A stretch of 64,000 nt of DNA from Candidatus Bathyarchaeota archaeon (GCA_963806535.1 CAWDYC010000005.1:96001-160000); one strand, 5' to 3'. Positions 11,431-21,009 are shown, counted from the stretch's first letter. The notes: generated from the letters alone by a model not told the origin. Program-made: numbers and translations.

Positions 11431-11552
11431 ATTGTCTAAGATTGTCTATTTTTGTCTAATAATGTCTAAAAATGAACCTACTTGCAAATGATTTGAGATT
11501 CAAATCAAAACAGCAACTTAAAACACAAAGAACAAAAATATCCCCCAAAAAA
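11431..11552 (+). repeat. Dispersed non-coding element, copy 1: four 10-bp-phased TGTCTA repeats plus a conserved AC-rich tail
   Basis: TGTCTA at 11433, 11443, 11453 and 11463. Tail AGCAACTTAAAACACAAAGAA...CCGTCAATA is shared with the copy at about 14633-14680. Confidence 0.75.
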
Positions 11553-11628
11553 CCGTCAATACGCAGTTTTTGCAAAGTGTATTGTCAAACACAAGTGTTA
11601 TGTTCTGGGCTTTGTACTCTTTTTGCTA

Positions 11629-11988
11629 ATGAAACAGACAAGTATTAAGCAGATAGCGAGGCAGCGTATTCAAATCCTCTTTGAAGAGGCAAAGAACATT
11701 GCTAATTCTGATCCAAAATTAGCCGCGAAGTACGTTAAATCTGCACGCCGAATCGCCATGGCAGCCAAAATACGCTTACCCCTCGAGTTCAGACGTCAGA
11801 CCTGCAAAAACTGCAACGCCCTGCTAGTGCATGGTTCTAACTGCCGAGTGAGGATAAAGCAGAAAAGGGAGTCTCATGTTGTAGTAACCTGTTTAAACTG
11901 CGGTAACCAAACCCGTATATTACTAGGTAAAAAAGAGGAGAAGAAACATCTTGAGCAAAATAACGACCAGAATGAAGCGGCATGTTAG
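11629..11988 (+). CDS. rnp4: Ribonuclease P protein component 4 (Rpp21)
   Basis: IARQRIQILF and CKNC...CLNCG motifs; conserved position upstream of yhbY and rps19e. Confidence 0.92.
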   Translation: MKQTSIKQIARQRIQILFEEAKNIANSDPKLAAKYVKSARRIAMAAKIRLPLEFRRQTCKNCNALLVHGSNCRVRIKQKRESHVVVTCLNCGNQTRILLGKKEEKKHLEQNNDQNEAAC

Positions 11989-12259
11989 ACATGTTTTGAA
12001 AGATGAAAACGTAACAATTTGGGTTGGCAAAGACGGCTTAACTGATCAGTTGACAGGTGAAATTGAGAAGCAACTTCAAAGAAACAAAATGGTGAAAGTT
12101 AGAGTTTTACCCGCTGCCCTTCAAGCACCCAACACAGCGCAGACAATTGCGGCTAAGGCTGCAGATAAAACAAATGCTGCTTTGGTAGAGGTCAGAGGTC
12201 ACGTGTTTATTTTGTTTAGGAAACGTAGAGCGGAAGAAAAAGAAGAATCTGAACTATAA
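11951..12259 (+). CDS. YhbY/CRM family RNA-binding protein
   Basis: Motifs IWVGKDGLT, MVKVRVL and VEVRGHVFILFR. Confidence 0.9.
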   Translation: MSKITTRMKRHVRHVLKDENVTIWVGKDGLTDQLTGEIEKQLQRNKMVKVRVLPAALQAPNTAQTIAAKAADKTNAALVEVRGHVFILFRKRRAEEKEESEL

Positions 12260-12311
12260 TTTTTAGAAAATACATCTCAAATAGAAAAAGAAAATAGGGC
12301 ACAATGTGCCT

Positions 12312-12866
12312 TCAAAACGTGGTTATTTTAGGCTTAATTCTCAGTCGACCAAGATACGCCACTAAAGCTGTAGCAGCAAGTGCGAAAAAGACGAAAACCA
12401 GCGCAGATGGAAATTCTGGAACCGCCGCATTGACTTTTACATTGCCCCACATGCCCAAATTTACATGTCCATCAACTTGACAAATGTAGTAATAGTTTCC
12501 AGCGTTGCCGACAGTAAATGTAACTGAATCGCTTGTTCCAGCTGCAACTGCATTGCTTGCAGACCCAATTGCTGCATTCCAAAGAACATTTCCGGTTGAA
12601 GATTTAGTGTCTACAATGGCGAAGTTATGACTCATTGTTCCCGCGTTATGAAGAGTAACTGTTACAAGTTCTCCAGAGGTAAAAGTCAATGTTGGACCAG
12701 GCGAATTTATGCTAGATGCGCTATCACCAAATCCGTATAAAGTCGTGCTTTTTTCTCCTGCATACAAAGTTACTTGAGTTTGCGCTTGAACCTGCATCGT
12801 TCCCAACGTGACGCAAAGTAACCCAATTGAAAGCAGAAATGCCAAAACTAATATTGATTTTTTCAT
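12312..12866 (-). CDS. Secreted cupredoxin (type-1 copper) with a PEF-CTERM-like sorting tail
   Basis: Signal peptide; HNFAI...YYICQVDGHVNLGM provides His/Cys/His/Met ligands; ends in VPEF, a TM helix and a basic tail. Confidence 0.85.
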   Translation of the reverse strand: MKKSILVLAFLLSIGLLCVTLGTMQVQAQTQVTLYAGEKSTTLYGFGDSASSINSPGPTLTFTSGELVTVTLHNAGTMSHNFAIVDTKSSTGNVLWNAAIGSASNAVAAGTSDSVTFTVGNAGNYYYICQVDGHVNLGMWGNVKVNAAVPEFPSALVFVFFALAATALVAYLGRLRIKPKITTF

Positions 12867-13053
12867 AAGAATATCTCATGAATTTTGTTGTGGAAGTAAG
12901 CTTTAAAGTATTTGCTGTAGCGTGTTAGCAACCACAAATATTGAGCATTTTTCAAAGAGTTATATGCTGCGTTATCAGTCTTTTCCTATCAGATAATATT
13001 TATATTAGGCTTCATTGTTTAACTGCAAGGAAAAACAAGGGAAAAGAGTATCT

Positions 13054-13518
13054 TTGACGACTCCTCATGACGTTCCAGCTTCAAAATTTATAGATCGTTT
13101 AGCAAAGTATCTAAGAGAAAACGTTGACGAAGTTCAACCTCTTCCATGGGCAGCTTTCGCTAAAACAGGAAATCACGTAGAAAAGCAGCCGCAGAACCCT
13201 AATTGGTGGTACACTCGAAGCGCATCAGTGCTTCGCAAAGTTTACATTCATGGACCAATCGGATTAGAAAAACTACGCGCTGATTACGGCGGAAGAAAGA
13301 ACAATGGCGTAAAGAAAAATCATGCTGTTAAAGGAGGCGGTAGTAACATCCGCAAGATTCTGCAGCAACTTGAAACTGCGGGTTTAATTCAAACTACTAA
13401 GCCTAAGGGCAGAGTTATGTCTCCAAAAGGTCGCAAACTTCTTCAAGAAGTCGCCGGAGACCTCAACAAAGAAATAGTTAAAACCATCCCTGAGCTCAAG
13501 AAATATCAAGGCGAATAG
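13054..13518 (+). CDS. rps19e: 30S ribosomal protein S19e
   Basis: Motifs WAAFAKTG, NWWYTRSASVLRKVY and IRKILQQLE; TTG start. Confidence 0.96.
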   Translation: MTTPHDVPASKFIDRLAKYLRENVDEVQPLPWAAFAKTGNHVEKQPQNPNWWYTRSASVLRKVYIHGPIGLEKLRADYGGRKNNGVKKNHAVKGGGSNIRKILQQLETAGLIQTTKPKGRVMSPKGRKLLQEVAGDLNKEIVKTIPELKKYQGE

Positions 13519-13850
13519 TGAAGATGTCAGATGACCAGCTTGACCAAATCCGCAAGCGAAAAATGTTGTCAATGCAGCAAAGATCAAATGACGAGCAAAG
13601 ACAATCTCAAGAACAACAAATAGACGCTCAAAAAAACGCATTGCTTGCCAAGATATTGGCACCTGATGCCCGGCAAAGGCTAAATAACCTGAAAATGGTT
13701 AAGCCGGAATTTGCAGAACAGATCGAGATGCAACTGATTGAAATGGCGCAAACAGGAAAGTTGCCTATTCCACTTTCAGATGCACAGCTTAAGGGAATAT
13801 TAATTCAGCTTCAATCACGGAAGCGAGAAACAACAATTAGAAGGATATGA
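13518..13850 (+). CDS. DNA-binding protein, PDCD5/TFAR19 family
   Basis: Motif [25 protein letters not shown]; conserved synteny. Confidence 0.93.
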   Translation: MKMSDDQLDQIRKRKMLSMQQRSNDEQRQSQEQQIDAQKNALLAKILAPDARQRLNNLKMVKPEFAEQIEMQLIEMAQTGKLPIPLSDAQLKGILIQLQSRKRETTIRRI

Positions 13851-13855
13851 AAAAA

Positions 13856-14014
13856 TTGGCAAGAGTTAAACCTACAGCAAAAAAGCTTAGACTGGCTAAA
13901 GCTGGCAAAGAATCAGCGTCGGTTCCAACATGGGTAATTGCCCGCACAGACGGCAAAGTTAGAAATAACCCTAAGCAAAGACGTAACTGGCGGACAAGGA
14001 AAATAAAGGCATAG
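13856..14014 (+). CDS. rpl39e: 50S ribosomal protein L39e (not in the ORF track)
   Basis: Manual translation gives (M)[51 protein letters not shown]; an in-frame ATG also lies at 13847. Confidence 0.93.
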   Translation: MARVKPTAKKLRLAKAGKESASVPTWVIARTDGKVRNNPKQRRNWRTRKIKA

Positions 14015-14026
14015 GGGTAATTTTGC

Positions 14027-14509
14027 ATGAGTAAAGAAGTCGTAGAAGAACAAAAGAAAGCTGAAGTCGAAGAAGAATTACCAGATTTAACTGAAGAAGA
14101 ACCTGCAGTTGAAGCAACTGAAGAGGTAGCTGCTACTACTGAAGAAGTTGAAGAGCAACCAGAAGAAGCAGTGGAAGCAAAAGTTACTAAGAAAAAGAAG
14201 CCTGAAGAAGAAATTGTTGAAGAACGAACTTACACTGTTCCTCTTTCAAGAGCTTTAGTTAGACCGCCTAAGAAGCGTGCTCCACGTGCTATGCAATTGC
14301 TAAAACTTTTCATTACAAAACATATGAAATTGGAAATGAAGGTTTCTGAAGAAGAGGAAGAAGAAGAATTGCCTCAACTTATTATCAGTCAGGAAGTTAA
14401 CGAGAAAATCTGGGATAGAGGCATAGAGAAGCCGCCGAGAAAGATTCGGGTTCGTGCAGCAAAAGATAAAGACGGCAACGTAACGGTTTATCTCGCTGAA
14501 GCCCAATAA
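14027..14509 (+). CDS. rpl31e: 50S ribosomal protein L31e with an acidic N-terminal extension
   Basis: Motifs ERTYTVPL, KRAPRAM and VNEKIWDRGIEKPPRKIRVRA. Confidence 0.95.
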   Translation: MSKEVVEEQKKAEVEEELPDLTEEEPAVEATEEVAATTEEVEEQPEEAVEAKVTKKKKPEEEIVEERTYTVPLSRALVRPPKKRAPRAMQLLKLFITKHMKLEMKVSEEEEEEELPQLIISQEVNEKIWDRGIEKPPRKIRVRAAKDKDGNVTVYLAEAQ

Positions 14510-14560
14510 TCTCTTCTTCAATTTTGTTTTACTTATTTCTTATTTAGTTTTGAGCGACTT

Positions 14561-14830
14561 TTTTGACGAATTTTGACGTTTCTTGACGGTTTTTGACGCA
14601 ACCTGCAACTGAAACAAACTGCAAACACAAAAAGCAACTTAAAACACAAAGAAAAACCCTACCAAGAAATCCGTCAATAACCTTCGAGACACAATAGATC
14701 ACCTTATTTCTTCCTTTTTCTTCCAGATTTTTCCGTTTTCTTGCATTTAAAGACGCAACCTGCAAACAAATTGGACCCTAAATCAAAAAAACAACTTGAA
14801 ACACAAACAACAAAAACCCAGCCAAAAAAT
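14561..14830 (+). repeat. Two tandem copies of the 10-bp-phased/AC-tail element between rpl31e and eif6
   Basis: TTGACG at 14563, 14573, 14583 and 14593, then GCAACCTGCAA...CAACTTAAAACACAAA. TT(C/G)C at 14711, 14721, 14731 and 14741, then GACGCAACCTGCAA...CAACTTGAAACACAAA. Confidence 0.75.
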
Positions 14831-14933
14831 AATTTGAAAAATTCTTGTTTCATTGAAAAAGACCGCAATCTAAAAAAAGGAGTATGCATGTGACTTCGCC
14901 ATTAACGTTTATCATCATCAGGAGAAATAATTC

Positions 14934-15617
14934 TTGACTGTTTACTTATCCAGCATAGTTGGAAGTGCAAGCATAGGTGTTTACGCGTTCGCAACTGAAA
15001 ACATAGTTATGATACCAAGAATGGTTCCACTTGAAAAAGCACAAGAGTACGCAACATGGCTTAAAACTAAGCTTCTGTATACTCACATCGGAGGCTCAGT
15101 TCTGGGCGGTGCATTAGTATGCGCAAACTCGAATGGAATGGTTCTCCCAAACTATATCCGCCAAGAAGAATTAGAGGCAATTAAATCAGTTTTTGATGGA
15201 AACATCACAATTATGGAAACCAAAAAAACGGCATATGGCAACTTGGTTTTGGCAAGTGATAAAGGAGCAGTGGTTGATCCTCGATTCAAAGATGAGGACA
15301 TAACACTTATTTCCGATGCCCTAGGCGTTGAAGTTGTGCCGACAGAAATTGCGGGTTTACCCTATGTTGGCTCCTTGGCGACTGCAACAAACAAAGGAGT
15401 ACTAGCCCATCCTTTGCTAAAAGATGAAGAAAGAAAAATCTTAGAAAGCGTTTTCAAAGTTCCAGTCGATGTAGGCACAATTAACTGTGGGGTTCCCTAT
15501 GTTGGAACTGGCTTATTGGCTAATTCTCATGCTGCTGTAGCTGGTTCTATGACAACTGGACCCGAGATGTTTATTATTGGGAATGCGCTGGATGTGGTGC
15601 AGGAAGATCAAAAATGA
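14934..15617 (+). CDS. eif6: Translation initiation factor 6 (aIF6)
   Basis: Motifs IGVYAFATE, ANSNG, ATNKGVLAHP, GTINCGVPYVG and TTGPE. Confidence 0.96.
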   Translation: MTVYLSSIVGSASIGVYAFATENIVMIPRMVPLEKAQEYATWLKTKLLYTHIGGSVLGGALVCANSNGMVLPNYIRQEELEAIKSVFDGNITIMETKKTAYGNLVLASDKGAVVDPRFKDEDITLISDALGVEVVPTEIAGLPYVGSLATATNKGVLAHPLLKDEERKILESVFKVPVDVGTINCGVPYVGTGLLANSHAAVAGSMTTGPEMFIIGNALDVVQEDQK

Positions 15618-15844
15618 AGGCTTTCAAAGTAACCGGCCAAATCAGTAAGCCAAGGCTGTCAACTCCTTTTGTAAGGGAATTGTTAGCAGACAAAAGTGAG
15701 CATGCAGTAGAGAAAGTTTACGCAGAAATAGGTAGCAGACACCGAGTTAAAAGATGCCACATAAAAATCGCCTCTGTTGAAGAAGTTTCTGCCGAACAAA
15801 TTATAAACCCAATCTTGAAGAAAATTGTTTTAGCAGGAGTGTAA
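15614..15844 (+). CDS. rpl18a: 50S ribosomal protein L18Ae/LX
   Basis: Motif AVEKVYAEIGSRHRVKR; conserved synteny. Confidence 0.92.
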   Translation: MKAFKVTGQISKPRLSTPFVRELLADKSEHAVEKVYAEIGSRHRVKRCHIKIASVEEVSAEQIINPILKKIVLAGV

Positions 15845-15849
15845 AAATC

Positions 15850-16287
15850 TTGGTGGAAAGAGCTAAATCGGAAGAAGAACTTCGTAGACTCAGCATGGAA
15901 ATGCGTTATCTCGAGCAAACAGCAGATGCTCTCCAGCAACGCATAAGCATGGTGAATGCAGCCATCACTGACATAAGCTATGCGAACATGACGCTTGACG
16001 GAATCGTGGCGGAAAAAGAAAACGCTGAACTATTCGTTCCGATCGGTGGAAGCTCTTACGTGAAAGTTAAACTTGCAGATTCAAACAAGGTAATTATTGG
16101 ATTAGGCTCTGGCGTTTCTATAGAAAAGACTTTGGCGGACGCAAAAGCAGCCTTGAAAGAACGGTTGGATGAACTGGAAAAAACCATGAATTCGGCTCAG
16201 CAACAGTTTACTCAGGTGGCTGAAAGAATAAACTCTGGCAGAAGCAGGCTTGAAAACCTACTTGGAGCAAGAGAAGGGAAACCTTGA
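15850..16287 (+). CDS. pfdA: Prefoldin subunit alpha
   Basis: Coiled coils flanking ELFVPIGGSSYV and VIIGLGSGVSIEK. Confidence 0.94.
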   Translation: MVERAKSEEELRRLSMEMRYLEQTADALQQRISMVNAAITDISYANMTLDGIVAEKENAELFVPIGGSSYVKVKLADSNKVIIGLGSGVSIEKTLADAKAALKERLDELEKTMNSAQQQFTQVAERINSGRSRLENLLGAREGKP

Positions 16288-16291
16288 AGCG

Positions 16292-17197
16292 ATGTTTGAG
16301 AAGCTCAAATCTGGTTTTAAAGGCTTAGTAAACAAAGTTACAACCACAGAACTAAAAACTGAAAATCTAAAGCCCATTTTATCCGAATTCAAAATGAGTC
16401 TTTGTGAAAACGATGTGGCTTATCCAGTAGCTGAAAAAATCGGCGATGACCTTGAAAAACGCCTCGTGGGTGTCCAAGTTAAACGGTTGGAAGACAGAAA
16501 AAAAATTGTGGACGAAAACCTCAGACAAGTCCTTCTAGAAGTCATGCTTACAGGCAAAAGCATTGATCTGCTAAAGATGGCTGAAGAGAAACGCAGAAAG
16601 AAAGAGCCGCTAGTTCTAATGTTTGTCGGCATTAACGGCACAGGAAAAACCACCACGATTGCTAAAGTTGCACATTTTTTACGGGACAAAAGCTACAGTG
16701 TCGTGCTTGCTGGCGCTGACACATATCGTGCTGGCTCAATTGAGCAGTTGGAAGAACATGGAAAACGTTTAGGAATTCGAGTTATTAAGAGCAATTATGG
16801 TGGAGACCCAGCGGCAGTAGCATATGATGCGGTAAATCATGCTAAAGCTCATGGACTTAACATAGTTCTAATTGATACTGCAGGAAGAATGCAGACTAAC
16901 CAGAACTTGATGAATGAACTTATTAAAGTCAAACGTGTTGTTGGCCCCGACTTGACCATCTTTACTGTTGATTCCTTGATTGGCAATGATGCTGTTCAGC
17001 AAGCCGAGGAATTTAACAAAGCTGTCGGTATTGATGCTACAATTTTGACTAAAGTGGATGCAGATGTCAAAGGCGGATCTGCTTTAAGCGTAACGTATGT
17101 TACTCAGAAACCAATTTTGTTTATCGGGGTTGGGCAAACGTATAAGGATTTGGAATTGTTTAATCCTGAAAAATTCGTCAACATGGTACTCCGATAA
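16292..17197 (+). CDS. ftsY: Signal recognition particle receptor FtsY
   Basis: Motifs GINGTGKTTTIAK, DTYRAG, DTAGR, TKVDADVKGG and GVGQ. Confidence 0.96.
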   Translation: MFEKLKSGFKGLVNKVTTTELKTENLKPILSEFKMSLCENDVAYPVAEKIGDDLEKRLVGVQVKRLEDRKKIVDENLRQVLLEVMLTGKSIDLLKMAEEKRRKKEPLVLMFVGINGTGKTTTIAKVAHFLRDKSYSVVLAGADTYRAGSIEQLEEHGKRLGIRVIKSNYGGDPAAVAYDAVNHAKAHGLNIVLIDTAGRMQTNQNLMNELIKVKRVVGPDLTIFTVDSLIGNDAVQQAEEFNKAVGIDATILTKVDADVKGGSALSVTYVTQKPILFIGVGQTYKDLELFNPEKFVNMVLR

Positions 17198-17223
17198 TCC
17201 GCAGTTTTTGTTTAGGGGCTGAA

Positions 17224-17737
17224 ATGTTGCTGATAAGAGAGGAAAAATCATCAGATTTTCAAGCCATTTACGATTTAGTCAAAGTTGCTTTTCAAACCGC
17301 CAGGGTGTCTAATGGAGAAGAACAAAATTATGTTAATAAACTCCGTGCTGGCCATAACTACGTTCCTCAACTTGCATTAGTGGCAGTAGAGGGTTCAAAA
17401 CTTGTTGGGCATATAATGTTGACTAAAACTTACGTTACATTGGGTAACTCAATATTTGATGCCCTTTTGTTAGCGCCTCTTTCTGTGGCATTAGAGTATC
17501 GCAGATGTGGAATTGGCTCAAAACTAGTTAAGAAAAGTTTTGAGTCAGCAAAGAACTTGGGGTTACAGAGCCGTTTTTGTGGTTGGTGACCCTGCTTTTT
17601 ACAGCAGGTTTGGTTTTAAGTCATCTGTACTTTTTGGGATTAAACATGTCCCAACGATTGCTGACCAATTTGTAATGGTACATGAGTTGTCTACTGGTGC
17701 GTTGAATGGCGTTAATGGAACAGTAACTTTTACTTAA
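17224..17737 (+). CDS. GNAT N-acetyltransferase (YhbS-like), one frameshift near 17560
   Basis: LAPLSVALEYRRCGIGSKL continues in another frame as GYRAVFVVGDPAFYSRFGF. Confidence 0.85.
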
Positions 17738-17758
17738 CAATCCACTTGCTTAGCTGTT

Positions 17759-18118
17759 CTAAGGCTCTTCTATCTCTGCTAGTTCAAAGCTGATTTTGCT
17801 TGGGTAAATCCAATATGCTTTGATGAAGTCTTCAATGCTCTGGTCAATGTCTAAGGCTTCAAAAAAATTAATGAACTCTTTATCTACATTTCCAATGTCT
17901 TTTGCCGTGTATACCCTTAAATTAGCCAAATATTCTCTATCAACAATTAGCTCTTTCATCGAAATCAAGTCTGGCACTTCAACTGAAAACATTAAATTTG
18001 TTAAAACGTCTAAGACAGCCACTTTGCGAACGTTTTCATTTTTGGTTTTTACAACGATCAGTCTTTTGTCAAAAACTCTAAAATTCCAATCGCTTTCCAA
18101 GTCTAAAGAAATGGACAT
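17759..18118 (-). CDS. Hypothetical protein
   Basis: 119-aa ORF with protein-like composition; no family recognised. Confidence 0.6.
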   Translation of the reverse strand: MSISLDLESDWNFRVFDKRLIVVKTKNENVRKVAVLDVLTNLMFSVEVPDLISMKELIVDREYLANLRVYTAKDIGNVDKEFINFFEALDIDQSIEDFIKAYWIYPSKISFELAEIEEP

Positions 18119-18266
18119 AAAACTTCACTAAGGAATAGATAGTTTTCCAGCTTTAAAAACTTGAAGGGTGCAAGTGTTCTTTAATATTTAGAAAATATTC
18201 TCAACGGTGGTGTTGTCTCTTTGCTATGTAATTATTATACGAATATCCTATTTGTTGAGAAGCCTA

Positions 18267-18485
18267 TTATGCTTCAGCTTTGCCTTTTTTCCATTTCGAA
18301 GAGTCACGCAAATTCTCAACCGGCGAATCGTTATTGAAGCATAGAGAAGCCTGAGTTTTCTGTTTATAGTTTTTCTCCTCTATTTTTGCTTTGGTTTCTT
18401 TAGAGCTGAACTCAACGCTTCCTTCAAGCTTACGTATTGTTCTGCCAATCCTGCGCTGACCCTTTGTTACAGTGCATCTTCCCAT
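18267..18485 (-). CDS. Small basic hypothetical protein
   Basis: 72-aa ORF, divergent from the 18556 gene. Confidence 0.5.
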   Translation of the reverse strand: MGRCTVTKGQRRIGRTIRKLEGSVEFSSKETKAKIEEKNYKQKTQASLCFNNDSPVENLRDSSKWKKGKAEA

Positions 18486-18555
18486 TTTTGGTCAAAAGTA
18501 ATTGAACGCTAAAGTTAAAAAACCCTTCCAACAACTAGTTTAGTAGTGACCTTTT

Positions 18556-18969
18556 ATGAAAACAACGTGTAGAACCATAAAACAAAAAGTGATAATTCCA
18601 GCTTCTCCAAAAGAAGTCTATGATGCCTACACCGATCCTAAAAAACACACTGCATTCACAGAGAGCAAAGCATCGGGTAAACCAGTTGTCGGTGGCAAAT
18701 TCACTGCTTGGGACGGATACATTTTTGGAAAATACCTTGAACTAGATGATGGAAAACGTGTGGTTCAGGAGTGGACATCAACTGATTTTCCAAAAGGATA
18801 TGGTCCCTCAAGATTAGAGCTCTGTTTCAATAAGGATCCAAAAGGAACTGAACTTATTATGGTGCAATCAAATTTTCCAGAAGAGATAGCGGATGATGCT
18901 GCTGATGGCTGGGTTGAATGGTATTGGGATCCACTTAAAAAATACTTTAGCGAACAACCAAAATCTTAA
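18556..18969 (+). CDS. SRPBCC/AHSA1-domain protein
   Basis: Motifs ASPKEVYDAY, GGKFTAWDGYIFG and GWVEWYWDPLKKYF. Confidence 0.88.
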   Translation: MKTTCRTIKQKVIIPASPKEVYDAYTDPKKHTAFTESKASGKPVVGGKFTAWDGYIFGKYLELDDGKRVVQEWTSTDFPKGYGPSRLELCFNKDPKGTELIMVQSNFPEEIADDAADGWVEWYWDPLKKYFSEQPKS

Positions 18970-19029
18970 TTCGGTACTTTTCAACAAAATCCCAAATCAG
19001 CCATTCAACTTTTTGTTTTTTCTAAATAA

Positions 19030-20292
19030 CTATTGTTCTGTTCGAGTTTTCCCAATTCCTGAAAAATAGAAGACGACTGCTGAAGCTACCAGTACTACTG
19101 TCAAAGAAGTAAAAAGCCCGTTGTACTGCAAAAATGTGGCAAGGATTACTCCGCTTATTATGGGTCCAATAGTTTGTCCAATATCCATCATTGTGCTTAA
19201 GAAACCCATGGACGTGCCTACTAAATTGCTCGGGGTTAACTCGCACATCAGAGGTGCGGTTGAAGAGATCACCATGGCAAAGCCTAAACCGTAACCAACC
19301 GAAATTGCAAGCAATAGACCAAATTGAGTTGTAAATGGAATCGCAAACAACAATGCTCCACCAATTACGCAGCCTAAAACGATTGGCAAACGCCTGCTAC
19401 TTCTATCAGAGAAGCGTCCAACAATAGGTCGAGAAACAATTAAGGAAACAACCTGTATACCCATCACAATGGAAACCGCCAACGCGTTAAAACCTGCTTT
19501 CTGTATCATGTATTGCACCAAATAAAACTCAACAACTCCATAAACGTAATATTGGATTGATTGAACAAAACTCACAACCAAAGCACCCCTATTACGAGCA
19601 ACAACGAGCCATCCTCTAAGCATCGTGCCCGTCGCCATCTTTGCCTTCATCGGAGGCCTAATCGTTGTCTTGTTTTCTGATAACAAAAACAAGGCAATAA
19701 CAAACGACGCGACACCCGCAATAGCCACCGCCAAATACAAAATGTGAAAACCATAGCTGGTCACGAACAAAATGGAGCCACCCAAGAAAGGAGCCAGTCC
19801 ACGACCCACAGCCGTTGCTGAATTAAAAGTGGAAATGCGTTCACCTCTTTTGGCGGGGTATCGTTCAGCAATTGTGGCTTCTGCAACTGGAACAAAAATT
19901 GCAGTTGCGAAGCCATGGTAGAAACGCACAAGCGCTAGCTGCCACCAAACATTAACAAACAGGTAGAGGAAAGGTGCAGACGCGAAAACGAATGTGGCGA
20001 ACAGAAGCATTTTTTTTCTGCCAAACACGTCTGAGAGTGATGCAGCTGGAAGGCTCACCAGTATGCCGGGAATTGTTGAGGCGGATGCAATTATGCCTGT
20101 TAAGTTTGCTGGTGTTCCAAGGCTTATGGCGAAGGGGTTGAGGACCGGGTTTTTTGACATTGTACTGCTTAATATGGCAAAAGCTCCCATGATGCATAGG
20201 ACCCAGAAGAATCGGTTACTGACTATTTTCTCAGCCTGCATTAAAGTCACAGATAATTTTTTAGTATCTGGTATTTTGGTTTTTGCATTCAA
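19030..20292 (-). CDS. MFS transporter
   Basis: About 12 TM helices; motif A in both halves (LSDVFGRKK, FSDRSSRR). Confidence 0.92.
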   Translation of the reverse strand: MNAKTKIPDTKKLSVTLMQAEKIVSNRFFWVLCIMGAFAILSSTMSKNPVLNPFAISLGTPANLTGIIASASTIPGILVSLPAASLSDVFGRKKMLLFATFVFASAPFLYLFVNVWWQLALVRFYHGFATAIFVPVAEATIAERYPAKRGERISTFNSATAVGRGLAPFLGGSILFVTSYGFHILYLAVAIAGVASFVIALFLLSENKTTIRPPMKAKMATGTMLRGWLVVARNRGALVVSFVQSIQYYVYGVVEFYLVQYMIQKAGFNALAVSIVMGIQVVSLIVSRPIVGRFSDRSSRRLPIVLGCVIGGALLFAIPFTTQFGLLLAISVGYGLGFAMVISSTAPLMCELTPSNLVGTSMGFLSTMMDIGQTIGPIISGVILATFLQYNGLFTSLTVVLVASAVVFYFSGIGKTRTEQ

Positions 20293-20352
20293 CGCTCTGA
20301 ATTGATAAGAGGGGTAACAAAATTTCCTCTTTAGAAACTGTACGTGTCTAAG

Positions 20353-21009
20353 TCAACCGTAAGTTGAAGTTACATCTTGAAATGAGCCATCTTCAAATGC
20401 GTAGATTCTAACACTTGACCCAATGTCTTTGCCCCAGTCCCAGCCGCTATAATGTGATGGGTTATTCCACACTTTGTCGGATGGATCCACATGCACCCAA
20501 CTTCCATTATAGTAATCTTCAGCCCAGGTATGGATGAAATTCCAGTTTGTCGTGTCAGCTGCAACCACTATTCGGCTCTGATATCCAAGTGCGAGACAAG
20601 CAGAAACGTAAACAATGCTCCATTGAACACAGATACCGTCTCCAAAGTTTAAAATTTGAATTGGGTCCTCTGACCACGTTGTGTCTGAGGAAAAAACCAT
20701 CTTAGTTTGCTGCCAAGAAAAAAGGTCTGTTTGATTATAATTAGATTTAAGCTGTGATGCCATGGCTGTTTTGGTTTGAGTTGAGTTTAAGCTTTTCATT
20801 AATGTTAAGTAATGTTCTGTGAATGCTGTGAAGGCGGGGTTGTTGTTGATTGCTGAATTTGAATCTTTGTTTTCCTTACCGTTCTGAGAGTAAACCAAGT
20901 ATGCAGCAGTAGGCAAAGTCGCAATAAGAATTGTGGCTACAGCGATGAATATCCATCTTCGACTATGCCGATTTCGTCTCTTAGTATGCCCTTTGCCCGC
21001 AGATCTCAT
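20353..21009 (-). CDS. Membrane-anchored transglutaminase-fold protein resembling the peptide:N-glycanase core
   Basis: N-terminal TM; Cys-His-Asp triad in GICVQW, HTWAE and WVHVDP; PNGase-like tail (P..Y...WGK...AF.....DVT..Y). Confidence 0.75.
   Translation of the reverse strand: MRSAGKGHTKRRNRHSRRWIFIAVATILIATLPTAAYLVYSQNGKENKDSNSAINNNPAFTAFTEHYLTLMKSLNSTQTKTAMASQLKSNYNQTDLFSWQQTKMVFSSDTTWSEDPIQILNFGDGICVQWSIVYVSACLALGYQSRIVVAADTTNWNFIHTWAEDYYNGSWVHVDPSDKVWNNPSHYSGWDWGKDIGSSVRIYAFEDGSFQDVTSTYG

Noticed and set aside
14544-14889. Minus-strand ORFs 14544-14765 and 14704-14889, and similarly 21163-21423
   Set aside because: Low-complexity translations of the non-coding repeat elements.
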